A stretch of 64,000 nucleotides of DNA. It comes from an uncultured Oligoflexales bacterium. GTDB lineage: Bacteria > Bdellovibrionota_B > Oligoflexia > Oligoflexales > CAZZCU01. The translations under genes were made by a program, and so were the position numbers. Positions 28,163 to 37,921 of this stretch are shown piece after piece (position 1 is the first letter of the stretch; the number at the start of each line of letters is the position of its first letter). The notes under the pieces are model-generated. The model was not told where the DNA came from and made no database searches. It saw only the letters and a program-made list of their open reading frames with translations. The stretch lies in contig CAZZCU010000002.1 in assembly GCA_964652825.1 (NCBI GenBank), forward strand, positions 149,070-213,069. The letters are read 5' to 3'.

Positions 28163-30286
28163 TTATTGATTCGCAATGACCGCGATATCGTCGATGTAGA
28201 CACCGTCGTAGTTGACGGTGGAATCTGTCTTGAGACGGAAGCGAATCTGCAAGTCGGTGTCGTTACCAGCAAGTACCGGAGCCAGATCGATGAGATCATT
28301 TTTCCAGGCAATACTGCCAGTATATTCTTTTAATTTAATCCAGGTTTCAGACTCTCCGACTTTTGCTTCGACGTAGAGGATGTCATAACCACGTTCCAAA
28401 TCCACTTTGACATTCAACGACAAAGCCGGGCTGGCTTCCGCGGCAAGAGTGATGGCCGGCAGAATCAGTGAGTCATTGGCGTTTTCTTTAGTGTTGCCAC
28501 CAGGGCTATCCGAGAAGGCATTGCCGTTAGCTCCAGCTACTGCCTCGACGCCCCAGGTGCCTTCAGCGATAACGTCATCGAGAGTTTCAGCGGGATTAGC
28601 GGCAAGTACACGTACCGGTATAACCGCGATTTCCTGGCTGCCCGAAATTGCGCCGATATTACCGACATTGTCATAAGCACGCACCGCGGCATGGCCTGCG
28701 TAGTTCAGCGGCAGACCAGCAATGACTGCCGTCCAGGTGTTGGTCTCGGCATCAAACGTCCTGCTAACAACAGCGCGGGTCGCGGCCTGCCAAGCATCTT
28801 CGCTAACAATCGGTTCATTGGCATAGCGAACTTCATAACTCGAAGCCACGCCTTCCTCGCCATCATCGCCTGCCGCTGTCCATACCAGCGACACCGAGCT
28901 GCGCGATACAGCTTCGGCAGCAGCAATATGCACTGCGTTCGGTGCAATCGTATCCTGTTCAACAGCGTTGGCAACATTCAGGCGACCACCACTTAAAACA
29001 CGCGTTTGCGTCGCCGCGACAATGTCAGCGCCGAACATGAGGCGCATTTTGATTTTGTCAGCGGTGATGTCTGGGATCGCCGCTTTAATCAAAGCCGCAG
29101 CACCGGCAACATGCGGTGTTGCCATTGATGTTCCACTCAAAACTTTGAAGGTATCGCGTGTGGACGTTGATAAAATATCCACACCAGGTGCAGCAAGATC
29201 AACGCTGGTCGCACCATAACAGGAGAAGCTCGCTAGATTGTCATTGCGATCCGACGCGGCAACTGACACGACAATGTCGTGCTCGTAAGAAGACGGAAAA
29301 TGCGGGTTAACATCGTTATTGCTACCACTGTTACCCGCGGCAGCAATAAACAAGATACCTTTAGCTTCTGCTTCGGCAATAGCATCCGCCATAACCTGTG
29401 AGTAACCACCGCCGCCCCAGCTATTGCTGGTCATCGTCACGCCCAAGGTATTGGCGTATTCGATCGCGCGTACCGCTCCGTCAAGTGTACCACTGCCGGC
29501 TGCGCTCAAAAATTTGAGGCCGACAAGGGAAACCTCCCAGTTGACGCCAACCACACCGACACCATCATTGCCAGCAGCGCCGATCGTGCCCGCGCAGTGC
29601 GTGCCGTGATAAGACGAGTTATCATCCATAGGATCGTTATCGTCATTAACGAAGTCCCAACCGCGCCAGTCATCGATAAAGCCATTGCCATCGTCGTCGA
29701 TACCGTTGGTGCGTTTATCCTGACCATTTTCATCAAGACCGACTTCGCCCGGATTGTTCCAATAGTTGGGAGCAATATCAGGGTGCAGATAGTTAATACC
29801 GGTATCGATAACGGCAACCACGACGTCACGTGAACCAGTCGTCACATCCCACGCCTGAACAGCTTTGATATCGGCGCCGACCGAGCCATTGCTTTGGCCG
29901 GTATTATGTAAGCCATAGAGTTCCGAAAAACGCGGATCATTCGGAATCACATCCATGCGTAAAATCGTGTTAGCTTCGATGGCGGCGACTGCCGGATCAT
30001 CAGCCAGGTCGAGCAACAATGCCTGAAAATCCGTGGCGGCCAGACCGTTAAACTCAACCACGTAAGCACCGCTGGTACGGAACTGATGCTTGATCAAACC
30101 ACCCAGCGACTGAACGCGGCTGGTTAAAGACGTAGCCAGCATATTATGGCTAGGTACAATGATGGCTTGATTGGGGACGTGCTCGACATTGAAGTTTTTT
30201 AGCTTGCTGGCAACCGCAGCCTGCGCTGTCGAAGCTAACCCCATGATAATACAAGACAATAGGACACACACGTAGACTAGGCGCAT
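28163..30286 (-). CDS. Secreted subtilisin-like serine protease (S8) with FN3-like and C-terminal beta-sandwich domains
   Basis: Asp/His/Ser triad contexts VAVIDTGINYLHPDI, HGTHCAGTIGA and GTSMATPHVAGAAALI. Signal peptide MRLVYVCVLLSCIIMGLASTAQA. FN3-like SVSLVWTAAGDDG...YEVRY. I prefer ATG 30286 (GAGGG RBS) over 30331. Confidence 0.9.
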   Translation of the reverse strand: MRLVYVCVLLSCIIMGLASTAQAAVASKLKNFNVEHVPNQAIIVPSHNMLATSLTSRVQSLGGLIKHQFRTSGAYVVEFNGLAATDFQALLLDLADDPAVAAIEANTILRMDVIPNDPRFSELYGLHNTGQSNGSVGADIKAVQAWDVTTGSRDVVVAVIDTGINYLHPDIAPNYWNNPGEVGLDENGQDKRTNGIDDDGNGFIDDWRGWDFVNDDNDPMDDNSSYHGTHCAGTIGAAGNDGVGVVGVNWEVSLVGLKFLSAAGSGTLDGAVRAIEYANTLGVTMTSNSWGGGGYSQVMADAIAEAEAKGILFIAAAGNSGSNNDVNPHFPSSYEHDIVVSVAASDRNDNLASFSCYGATSVDLAAPGVDILSTSTRDTFKVLSGTSMATPHVAGAAALIKAAIPDITADKIKMRLMFGADIVAATQTRVLSGGRLNVANAVEQDTIAPNAVHIAAAEAVSRSSVSLVWTAAGDDGEEGVASSYEVRYANEPIVSEDAWQAATRAVVSRTFDAETNTWTAVIAGLPLNYAGHAAVRAYDNVGNIGAISGSQEIAVIPVRVLAANPAETLDDVIAEGTWGVEAVAGANGNAFSDSPGGNTKENANDSLILPAITLAAEASPALSLNVKVDLERGYDILYVEAKVGESETWIKLKEYTGSIAWKNDLIDLAPVLAGNDTDLQIRFRLKTDSTVNYDGVYIDDIAVIANQ

Positions 30287-30416
30287 AATACCCTCATCTT
30301 CCTTGCCTGTTTGCCAGGCCGCATTTTTCAATCGCTGAAATGGATCTAATTAGTGTAATTATACTGCCGCTAAAAAGCCGCTGTCCATAGGGGTAGGAAA
30401 AATTTGCCCAGGAGGC

Positions 30417-31193
30417 TTGGTGCCCAACGGTTTAGTCATAAATTTCTATAAGTTTATCGAGCTTGTCGACCTAGTCGCGGAACGTGAGCGCCTGGAAAAC
30501 TATTGTCGTGACCTGGGTCTACTCGGCACGATTCTCCTGGCGAGCGAAGGTATCAATGGCAGCATTTTCGGTAGTCCTGAACAAATCCAATTATTGGAAA
30601 CGTGGTTAACCGGCGATCAGCGCTATCATGATCTGGTTTTCAAAACCAGCGAAGCGCCCGGAGCGCCGTTTCGTAAATTGAGTATTAAGATCAAGCCATC
30701 GATTCTGGCTTTCAACGCACCGGTGGATGTATCAGTAGCTGAGATTGTGAACGGTCCGCGAGTGTCGCCCGAGGACTTTCGCGACGCCGTACTAAATCCC
30801 AAAGATGACGTGGTGATTGTCGATACGCGTAATAAATACGAGATTGATTACGGGACTTTTCGCGGCGCCAAACATCTGGGTATTCGCAGTTTCAAGAATT
30901 TTGCGACTGAGTTCACCCGCGAATTCGGTAATCACAAAGATAAAACTTACCTGATGTACTGTACCGGTGGCATTCGCTGCGAGAAGGCCGTTGCCGCTCT
31001 ACAAAAACTGGGTTTCAAAGGCGCAAAACAACTTGACGGCGGCATCATCAGCTATTTCAAGGAATATGGCGGCGACGGCTATGACGGCGACTGCTTTGTT
31101 TTTGATGATCGCTGGGCAATCAATCCGGATTTAAACGCCGCTGCGGTTGCTCCGCATCCGGAGCAACTACCACGCACGTACGATCCGACTTAG
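30417..31193 (+). CDS. trhO: Rhodanese-domain protein of the UPF0176/YceA family (tRNA U34 hydroxylase TrhO-like)
   Basis: The N-terminal ...INFYKFIELVD... and rhodanese active-site loop YCTGGIRCEKA are characteristic. The start is TTG 30417 or GTG 30420. Confidence 0.8.
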   Translation: MVPNGLVINFYKFIELVDLVAERERLENYCRDLGLLGTILLASEGINGSIFGSPEQIQLLETWLTGDQRYHDLVFKTSEAPGAPFRKLSIKIKPSILAFNAPVDVSVAEIVNGPRVSPEDFRDAVLNPKDDVVIVDTRNKYEIDYGTFRGAKHLGIRSFKNFATEFTREFGNHKDKTYLMYCTGGIRCEKAVAALQKLGFKGAKQLDGGIISYFKEYGGDGYDGDCFVFDDRWAINPDLNAAAVAPHPEQLPRTYDPT

Positions 31194-31200
31194 TATCCTG

Positions 31201-31617
31201 CTAATTTTTAGTGCGTTTTTTCTTTTCCAGGCGAATGATATCCGATGCATCGATAGCATCGGCGGCGACGCCGGGATTCGCGCCGTCACCAACTTCGGCG
31301 AGCGTTGCGAACGACGCGTGACCTTTATGATCTTTGAGTTTTTCTTTATGTTTTTTCAGTTGGGCCGCCAATTTATCGACCATTCTGTCAACACTGGCGT
31401 ACATATCGTCGGACGTATGCTCAACCTGCACGTGAAAACCATCACCGCCATTAACGGCGCAATGCGCATGATGATTATGCCTGTCGACCGAGAACGTCAC
31501 CTGGGCAGTGATCGGCTTGGTAACGAACTTGCTGATGCGCTCAAAGACTTTTGATTCCGCGTATTCACGCAATGCCGGCGATGTTTCCATGTGTTTGAAA
31601 GCAAAGTTGATCTGCAT
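31201..31617 (-). CDS. hpf: Ribosome hibernation promoting factor / RaiA family
   Basis: MQINFAFKHMETSPALREYAESKV... is a typical S30AE/HPF N-terminus. RBS GGAGGAGG upstream. Confidence 0.9.
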   Translation of the reverse strand: MQINFAFKHMETSPALREYAESKVFERISKFVTKPITAQVTFSVDRHNHHAHCAVNGGDGFHVQVEHTSDDMYASVDRMVDKLAAQLKKHKEKLKDHKGHASFATLAEVGDGANPGVAADAIDASDIIRLEKKKRTKN

Positions 31618-31662
31618 AAATTCCTCCTCCGATGACTGCTCTATCGGCAGTCAGCCCCTGAC

Positions 31663-33993
31663 ATGAAGCCCCATGGGAGTATAATCCTTGCCAAAAGCAA
31701 TGCAACTCTACTAAATAACTACTTAAAGCGGAGGTTTTGGCGTTGTCATTTCATCGAAAGACCAACATCAGTTTGGGGGCTGACGGCCATTAATACGGAA
31801 CAAAATCAGGAATTTCGCGCCGAAGTCGAACGCGTGACGTTCAAGAACGATGATTCCGGTTACGGTATCATTCGTTTGAAAGCACCTGACTGCAATCAAC
31901 TGATCACCGCCACCGGTCCACTCGCCGGCGTCAATCCCGGCGAATCGCTGCAACTATTCGGTATCTGGGTCAAGCACCCGCAGTATGGCCGCCAGTTTAA
32001 AGTTGATCGCGCCGTCTCGCTGCGACCAAATTCACTCGAAGGTATCCGCAAGTATTTGTCATCGGGATTGATCAAAGGCCTTGGCGAAAAAACCGCCGAG
32101 CGCATCGTGCAAGAATTCGGACTGCGGACCTTTGAGATTCTCGATGACAACCCCGACCGCCTCTGCGAAGTCAAAAATCTCGGCAGAAAGAAAGTGAATG
32201 GGATTATCTCCGCCTGGCGTGAGAATCAAAGCACCCATGAAATTATGATGTTCTTGAGCCAACAAGGCATCCATGCTGGAACAGCGGCAAAAATTCTTAA
32301 ACTTTATGGCTCGCATACCGTCGATATCGTTTCCGCCAATCCTTATCGACTCGCCGCCGAAATTCGCGGCATTGGTTTTGCCATAGCCGATCGCATCGCC
32401 CGACGACTTGGTATCGCGCCGGATTCAACACATCGTATTCAAGCCGCGATCACGCACTTGCTAAGTTTAGGCGAAGAACGCGGGCATTGTTATCTGACGT
32501 TGACGCAGCTCGAAACGGAATTGCACAAGCTGCTGGAAATTGAATCGGAAAACTTGCTGTCGCGTTTAGCCGATTGCCTGAGTGATCTCAAACAACAGGG
32601 AATTATCGTCGAGCAATCCGTGCACGATCCGGAAATTGGCAAGACCACGATCTATTACAACGCCGAGCTTTACTATGCAGAGATGAGCGTCTCCAATCAG
32701 ATCGGCGCGCGCCTGCTGAAACCAATGCACATCGACACCGAACGCACGCGCATGTGGCTGGAGCGCTACGCCGACGCCTCCGGCGTGTCGCTCTCGGAAC
32801 AGCAGTTTGCCGCGGTCGTCAAAGCCGCAAGCAATCGCATCTTTGTTCTTACCGGTGGTCCGGGCGTCGGTAAAACCACGACCGCGAATACCATCATCCG
32901 CTTGCTCAAAGCCATGGGCAAAGGCGTCGCGCTCTGTGCGCCGACCGGCCGCGCGGCGCAGCGCTTAAGCGAAGTCGCGGCGATTCCCGCCAAGACCATT
33001 CATCGCCTGCTTGAGTGGACACCGGGCGAAAACGCTTTCGCGCGCAACGAAAACAACCCGTTGCCAGCACAGGCGATCGTCGTTGATGAGACGTCCATGC
33101 TGGATATTCGTCTCGCTGATGCTTTGCTGCGCGCGGTGGCGACAGATGCGCAAATTATCTTTATCGGTGATGCCGACCAATTACCATCGGTGGGTCCGGG
33201 CAGCGTGTTGCGTGATCTTCTCGAATCGACACGCGTCCCGTACACGCGTCTGTCAGAGATTTTCCGCCAGGCACAAACCTCGCTAATCATCCAAGCGGCA
33301 CATGCCATTAATCGCGGACATGTACCGGAATTTGGCACAGGCGCGCAAGCCGATTGCCAATTTATCCAGGCTGAATCCACGCAGGATGTTCTGACGATCG
33401 TAAGAGACCTCTTTGCCAACAAAATCGGCCAAAACTTCGGCTTCGATGCCAAGCATGACGCACAAATTTTAACACCGATGAATCGAGGCGATCTCGGGAC
33501 GCAATCGCTGAACGAAATGTTACAGGATTTGCTTAATCCCAGAACCGCGCAGCAGTCAGAAATAAAGGCACGCGAGTCAACGTTGCGACAAGGCGACAAA
33601 GTCATCCAATGCGCGAACAACTACGACCTCGGTGTATTTAACGGCGATATCGGTTTTGTACGCGGCGCCGGCGTCGAGGGTGGCAAAGTTGTCGTGCAGT
33701 TCGGTGAGCGCCTGGTCACCTATGACGGCGAAAACTGGGGCGATCTAAAACTGGCATACGCTATTACGATCCATAAGTCGCAAGGCAGTGAATTTCCAGT
33801 TGTGGTTATTCCGTTGACCATGAGCCACTACATGATGCTGCAACGCAATCTGGTTTATACGGGTCTAACCCGCGCCAAAAAACTGGCGATCTTCGTCGGG
33901 ACACAACGCGCTTTGCAACATGCTATTCGCAACAACGTCAGTATTCAGCGGCAATCCATGCTGTTGGAACGCATTCGTCAGGCCAACATGTGA
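31663..33993 (+). CDS. recD2: RecD2/YrrC-type SF1B DNA helicase
   Basis: N-terminal OB-like FRAEVERVTFKNDDSGYGIIRLK, HhH region, Walker A VLTGGPGVGKTT, DETSMLD, and C-terminal AITIHKSQGSEFP. The start is uncertain: there is no clear RBS at ATG 31663, and a TATAAT lies at 31680-31685. Confidence 0.9.
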   Translation: MKPHGSIILAKSNATLLNNYLKRRFWRCHFIERPTSVWGLTAINTEQNQEFRAEVERVTFKNDDSGYGIIRLKAPDCNQLITATGPLAGVNPGESLQLFGIWVKHPQYGRQFKVDRAVSLRPNSLEGIRKYLSSGLIKGLGEKTAERIVQEFGLRTFEILDDNPDRLCEVKNLGRKKVNGIISAWRENQSTHEIMMFLSQQGIHAGTAAKILKLYGSHTVDIVSANPYRLAAEIRGIGFAIADRIARRLGIAPDSTHRIQAAITHLLSLGEERGHCYLTLTQLETELHKLLEIESENLLSRLADCLSDLKQQGIIVEQSVHDPEIGKTTIYYNAELYYAEMSVSNQIGARLLKPMHIDTERTRMWLERYADASGVSLSEQQFAAVVKAASNRIFVLTGGPGVGKTTTANTIIRLLKAMGKGVALCAPTGRAAQRLSEVAAIPAKTIHRLLEWTPGENAFARNENNPLPAQAIVVDETSMLDIRLADALLRAVATDAQIIFIGDADQLPSVGPGSVLRDLLESTRVPYTRLSEIFRQAQTSLIIQAAHAINRGHVPEFGTGAQADCQFIQAESTQDVLTIVRDLFANKIGQNFGFDAKHDAQILTPMNRGDLGTQSLNEMLQDLLNPRTAQQSEIKARESTLRQGDKVIQCANNYDLGVFNGDIGFVRGAGVEGGKVVVQFGERLVTYDGENWGDLKLAYAITIHKSQGSEFPVVVIPLTMSHYMMLQRNLVYTGLTRAKKLAIFVGTQRALQHAIRNNVSIQRQSMLLERIRQANM

Positions 33994-35600
33994 AATCGAA
34001 ACCCGTGTTAATCATTTTCGCGCTCATCGGCGGCATTGCCCTACTACGCGGCTGGATTGCCTATAAGTTACCGCTGACTTTGGACGAAGCTTATTATCTG
34101 CAATGGTCGCGGTATCTAGCCTGGGGGTATCTGGATCATCCGCCAGGCGTCGCGCTGCTGGGTTGGCCGCACAATCTGTGGCCCAGTCATACGCTTAGCG
34201 CGCGAGTCGGCGCACTTGCGGTCGGCGTGCTGACCATGCTGGTGACCTATAGCATCGGCAGGCAATTGCGTTTTGGCTTGCCGGCGATGGTGGCGCTGCT
34301 GTTGTTGGTGAGTTTGAATATCGGCGGTCTGGCCGCCGGCATTCTCAATACACCGGACGCAGCTTTGGTACTGTGTTGGACGTGCGCACTCCACGAAGCA
34401 CTGGCAGCTGATCGTCAGCCCGGACGCTGGCTGACTTTTGGCATGGCACTTGGCGCGGGATTATTAGCCAAGTACATCATGATTTTATTTCTACCACCGC
34501 TGGCTTGGGCGTTATGGCGAACGCGGCGAGCGACTTTACGCGATCACTGGCTCTACTCCGGTCTCCTAGTTGCTGGTTGCGTGTTTTTGCCGCATCTTGG
34601 CTGGAACGCCGCGCACGACTGGAGCACCATTCGTTTTCAACTGAAACGCGGCTTCACTGCTTCGCATACGGTGGCACTTACCGACGCAATCACTTTTCCC
34701 AAAACTATTTTGGCGCCGGCGGGCAGCCGTGAATGGCAACTTGCGGAGGCTTTTCGCCCCGATCCTGCCGAGGAGTTGGCGCGTCCCGAACGCACACCGT
34801 TGCAAAAACTTCTCACGCGCCTAAGTAATTTTCTCGGCGGCCAACTGGCTTTATGGGGCGGTCTGATCTTTGCGGTGTTGCTTGCCTGGCGACGCTATTG
34901 CCGGCAACCAACATTTACTGATGATTTCAGCAGAGTTTTGCTGACCTGTCTGAGCTGGTTTCCGCTGGCTTTCTTTCTTGCGGTGGCTGCGGTAACACCC
35001 GTCGAACCCAACTGGCCGGCAGTTTATATGTTGAGCGCCGCGGTGCTGCTCAGCCAAAGCAGCGATCGTCGCTGGCTGATTGGCGGCGCAACAGTGAATA
35101 CAATTGTGATTCTGGTTCTCGCCTGGCAAGCAGGCGGTGCGACAACCGATGTTTATCCGCCCCGCAATCGTTTAAGCAAAGAGACCTGGGCTTATCGAGA
35201 TTTAGCACGCCTGCTGGCGCAACAATCGGAACCGCTGTATGCCTCAACTTATCAGATGACAGCAATGACACGTTTTTATTTTCCGCAACAACTTATCGAT
35301 CAATGGCCGGGTATTGCGCGACGTTCAGAGCTGAGTCGCAATATCAATTTATATACTCAAGGAGCACCCTACGCGCAGGCCACCAAAATATTTTTGCTAG
35401 TCAGTGATGAACGGCACGCCCATCAAATTGACGGTTATGAACTGACCCAACTTGACGAACTGCGCTTGTGTGCCGGCAAAGGCTTGATCCAAACCACAGC
35501 AAACACAGATAAAACCGACCATTACCAGCCACCCTGTCCACGTCGCGACACCGTCGCCAACTGGTACATCAAGCGCTATCAAACCAGCTCCGAAGATTAA
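33990..35600 (+). CDS. ArnT/PMT-like (GT39/GT83, PMT_2) membrane glycosyltransferase
   Basis: Polytopic membrane protein with the first-loop motif LTLDEAYYLQWSRYLAWGYLDHPPG. GTG 33990 overlaps the recD2 stop (GTGA). Confidence 0.75.
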   Translation: MKSKPVLIIFALIGGIALLRGWIAYKLPLTLDEAYYLQWSRYLAWGYLDHPPGVALLGWPHNLWPSHTLSARVGALAVGVLTMLVTYSIGRQLRFGLPAMVALLLLVSLNIGGLAAGILNTPDAALVLCWTCALHEALAADRQPGRWLTFGMALGAGLLAKYIMILFLPPLAWALWRTRRATLRDHWLYSGLLVAGCVFLPHLGWNAAHDWSTIRFQLKRGFTASHTVALTDAITFPKTILAPAGSREWQLAEAFRPDPAEELARPERTPLQKLLTRLSNFLGGQLALWGGLIFAVLLAWRRYCRQPTFTDDFSRVLLTCLSWFPLAFFLAVAAVTPVEPNWPAVYMLSAAVLLSQSSDRRWLIGGATVNTIVILVLAWQAGGATTDVYPPRNRLSKETWAYRDLARLLAQQSEPLYASTYQMTAMTRFYFPQQLIDQWPGIARRSELSRNINLYTQGAPYAQATKIFLLVSDERHAHQIDGYELTQLDELRLCAGKGLIQTTANTDKTDHYQPPCPRRDTVANWYIKRYQTSSED

Positions 35601-35682
35601 AGTTTTTCCAGCTTTTGCCGATAAGCTTTCATTAAAATGTAGGTTTTGCAAAACCGCCAATAGAGGCAATAAGGCACGCGGC

Positions 35683-36384
35683 ATGCTCAGACGCAGACAG
35701 TTTATTTTTGGCGCCGTCACAACGACACTCATCTTTACCTGCGTCATTGCTTGTAAAGCGAATAAGGTGGTTAGCCTTCGCACCGCTCCCTGCAAACCCT
35801 TCAGCAACAATCTGGCTCTAGTCAATGTCACGGATTATTTACATGATGCGGCGCCGATTATTAATAACAAATGCGCCGTGTGCCACGGACAAACGGGCGG
35901 CAAGCAACCTGATTTGAATAGCTATGCCAATCTAAAAAATAACTATGCCGCCGCGATCGCAGCAGTCGTTGCCGGCAGAATGCCGCCCACTGGACTCAAA
36001 TTGACGAGCACCGAAATTACCACGTTGCAAAATTGGGCCGCTAGTAACTTCGTTGAAGACCGGGCGGTTTCCACTAGCCCGACCACTACCTATACTTACG
36101 CCAACCATATCCAATCCTTCCTGAACACCAAATGTCTTCACTGTCACAACATTGGGGGACAGTCGCCAGACCTAAGCAGCTACACACAAGTCCAACTTCA
36201 GGCGGCAAATATCAACCGGGTTATCAATGCCGGTACCATGCCACCGTCCGGCGGCATCACAACCACCGAAAAAACCATGATCAATGACTGGGTTAATGCC
36301 GGCGCGCCCAATACCGCGTCGGATATTGCGCCAACGAATACGAACAATTATTCCGACGCGACTGCAAACGATACCGGTTGCTGA
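35683..36384 (+). CDS. Di-haem c-type cytochrome-domain lipoprotein (two PSCyt1-like repeats)
   Basis: Two CxxCH motifs (NNKCAVCHG, NTKCLHCHN), each followed by ...PDL(N/S)SY... and ...MPP(T/S)G.... N-terminus MLRRRQFIFGAVTTTLIFTCVIA|C (lipobox). Confidence 0.7.
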   Translation: MLRRRQFIFGAVTTTLIFTCVIACKANKVVSLRTAPCKPFSNNLALVNVTDYLHDAAPIINNKCAVCHGQTGGKQPDLNSYANLKNNYAAAIAAVVAGRMPPTGLKLTSTEITTLQNWAASNFVEDRAVSTSPTTTYTYANHIQSFLNTKCLHCHNIGGQSPDLSSYTQVQLQAANINRVINAGTMPPSGGITTTEKTMINDWVNAGAPNTASDIAPTNTNNYSDATANDTGC

Positions 36385-36403
36385 CCGTTCTCGAAAGCAC
36401 CTA

Positions 36404-37339
36404 CTAAGCCGCGCCGAAATAAATATCCTGCTGTGTTTGTGGTGGCTCGGTATGAATCAAACCTGAATCGATTAGATATTTTTTCACTGCATAGCGCGTG
36501 TAGCGAATATTGTAGCGCTTAAGAACTTTGTAGATTTCAAACATCATAGCTTCCGCGGTCGGAATACGTCGATTTGCCGACAATGTTAATGTCGCTTTCA
36601 ATAGCTTGCGCAATAGCACCTGCATCTTTGGATCCGAACACACCACGCGCTCCAAAGGAATATTTTTCATGCCCTGCAAAATCTTGCCGCGATCCTGCGA
36701 CGGCGGCACGGCTTTTACACCGGTGATTAATTCAAACAGAATCAAACCCGAGCAATAGATATCGGTCTGGGGCACAATCGCCGCCTCGGTGATATGCTCC
36801 GGCGAGTAATAACCCGGCGTGCCGATCATGTAATTCTTGTAGTCTTCAATCTCCAGCTGACATGCCAGACCAAAATCCGTTACCAACACCCGACCGGTTT
36901 TCTCGATCATGACATTGGCCATCGATAAATCAGAATGAATCGTGTCATGCAAATGCAAATGATCAATGCCCTGCAGTATATCCATCACAATACTGAGCGC
37001 GACCAACGGTGGGATCTTGCGCACTTTCTTGAAAAAGTTGTGGCACGACCAACCCTCGACAAATTCAGTAACGATGTAACAATTTGGCGGCTCGAAACCG
37101 CTATCAAGATAACTAACGATATGCTTGTGATGCAGGCGCGAGATAATCAAAAGCTCGCGATGAAATATACCCAAAAACTTGCGGCTGTTGGTAAAACGAT
37201 CATGCAGAATTTTTACCGCTACCGTTTGACCGTTACGTTCGTCAATACCACGAAATACGCGTCCTAGACCACCGACGCCTACTTCCTCCAGGACCCGGTA
37301 GTTGCCAAACTTCTTGGGTATAGTTGCGGCTTCCGTCAA
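36404..37339 (-). CDS. Hanks-type Ser/Thr protein kinase with an atypical catalytic loop
   Basis: Gly-loop GVGGLGRVF, VAVKIL, catalytic loop HSDLSMAN (nt 36914-36937), DFG, GTPGYYSPE. Confidence 0.85.
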   Translation of the reverse strand: MTEAATIPKKFGNYRVLEEVGVGGLGRVFRGIDERNGQTVAVKILHDRFTNSRKFLGIFHRELLIISRLHHKHIVSYLDSGFEPPNCYIVTEFVEGWSCHNFFKKVRKIPPLVALSIVMDILQGIDHLHLHDTIHSDLSMANVMIEKTGRVLVTDFGLACQLEIEDYKNYMIGTPGYYSPEHITEAAIVPQTDIYCSGLILFELITGVKAVPPSQDRGKILQGMKNIPLERVVCSDPKMQVLLRKLLKATLTLSANRRIPTAEAMMFEIYKVLKRYNIRYTRYAVKKYLIDSGLIHTEPPQTQQDIYFGAA

Positions 37340-37346
37340 TGCATCC

Positions 37347-37790
37347 TCACGTCAAGAACTTTGTGCGAGGCTCAACGATTCGTCCCGAACTCCGTGATCG
37401 AACATAGATATCGTCGTACAGTAGCTCGGCGTAATAGCCGAGCACACCGAGCGCGTCCGCAAATTCCTCGTAAGGCAAATGATTGGCGAACAATTGAAGG
37501 GACAGAACGATACCCTGGTTATCATCAATAGCGAGCTTGACCATATGTGACATGTGATTTAACTGCAGCAAATAGCGGCTGAGATCACCACACACGCCGT
37601 TTTCCTCGGGCAACGCCACGTAAGGTCTGACTTCCATTAAGACCCAAGACTCGGTGAGCGATATTGTCAGCGGATAAGAACGCTTATCACCCTGCCAACC
37701 CGACAACCAACATGCTTGTCCCAACTTATGGAATGTCCATCCATAGGCCTCGATATAGGACTCTAGCGTTGCCGGCGTCAGTCTGGACAT
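37347..37790 (-). CDS. YbjN-like (putative sensory-transduction regulator / chaperone-like) protein
   Basis: LESYIEAYGWTFHKLGQACWLSGWQGDKRSYPLTISLTESWVLMEVRPYV matches the YbjN-family pattern as I recall it. The stop lies 7 nt upstream of the kinase start. The start is ambiguous (ATG 37790 or GTG 37853). Confidence 0.5.
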   Translation of the reverse strand: MSRLTPATLESYIEAYGWTFHKLGQACWLSGWQGDKRSYPLTISLTESWVLMEVRPYVALPEENGVCGDLSRYLLQLNHMSHMVKLAIDDNQGIVLSLQLFANHLPYEEFADALGVLGYYAELLYDDIYVRSRSSGRIVEPRTKFLT

Positions 37791-37921
37791 ATGGCTACCA
37801 ATGTAAATAGTTATTCTCAATAGGCTATCGACTAAGCAGGCAACCGTCAACACTGGCTATATGCGCTCGGACGCGGTACAATATTTTTTTACAAATCCAC
37901 AAAAAGAGCATCTTCCAGCTG

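Noticed and set aside
28091-28333. Track ORFs 28091-28333 (+) and 28123-28311 (-)
   Set aside because: They start inside the hairpin element or lie antisense to the protease 3' end. They have low-complexity translations and no RBS.
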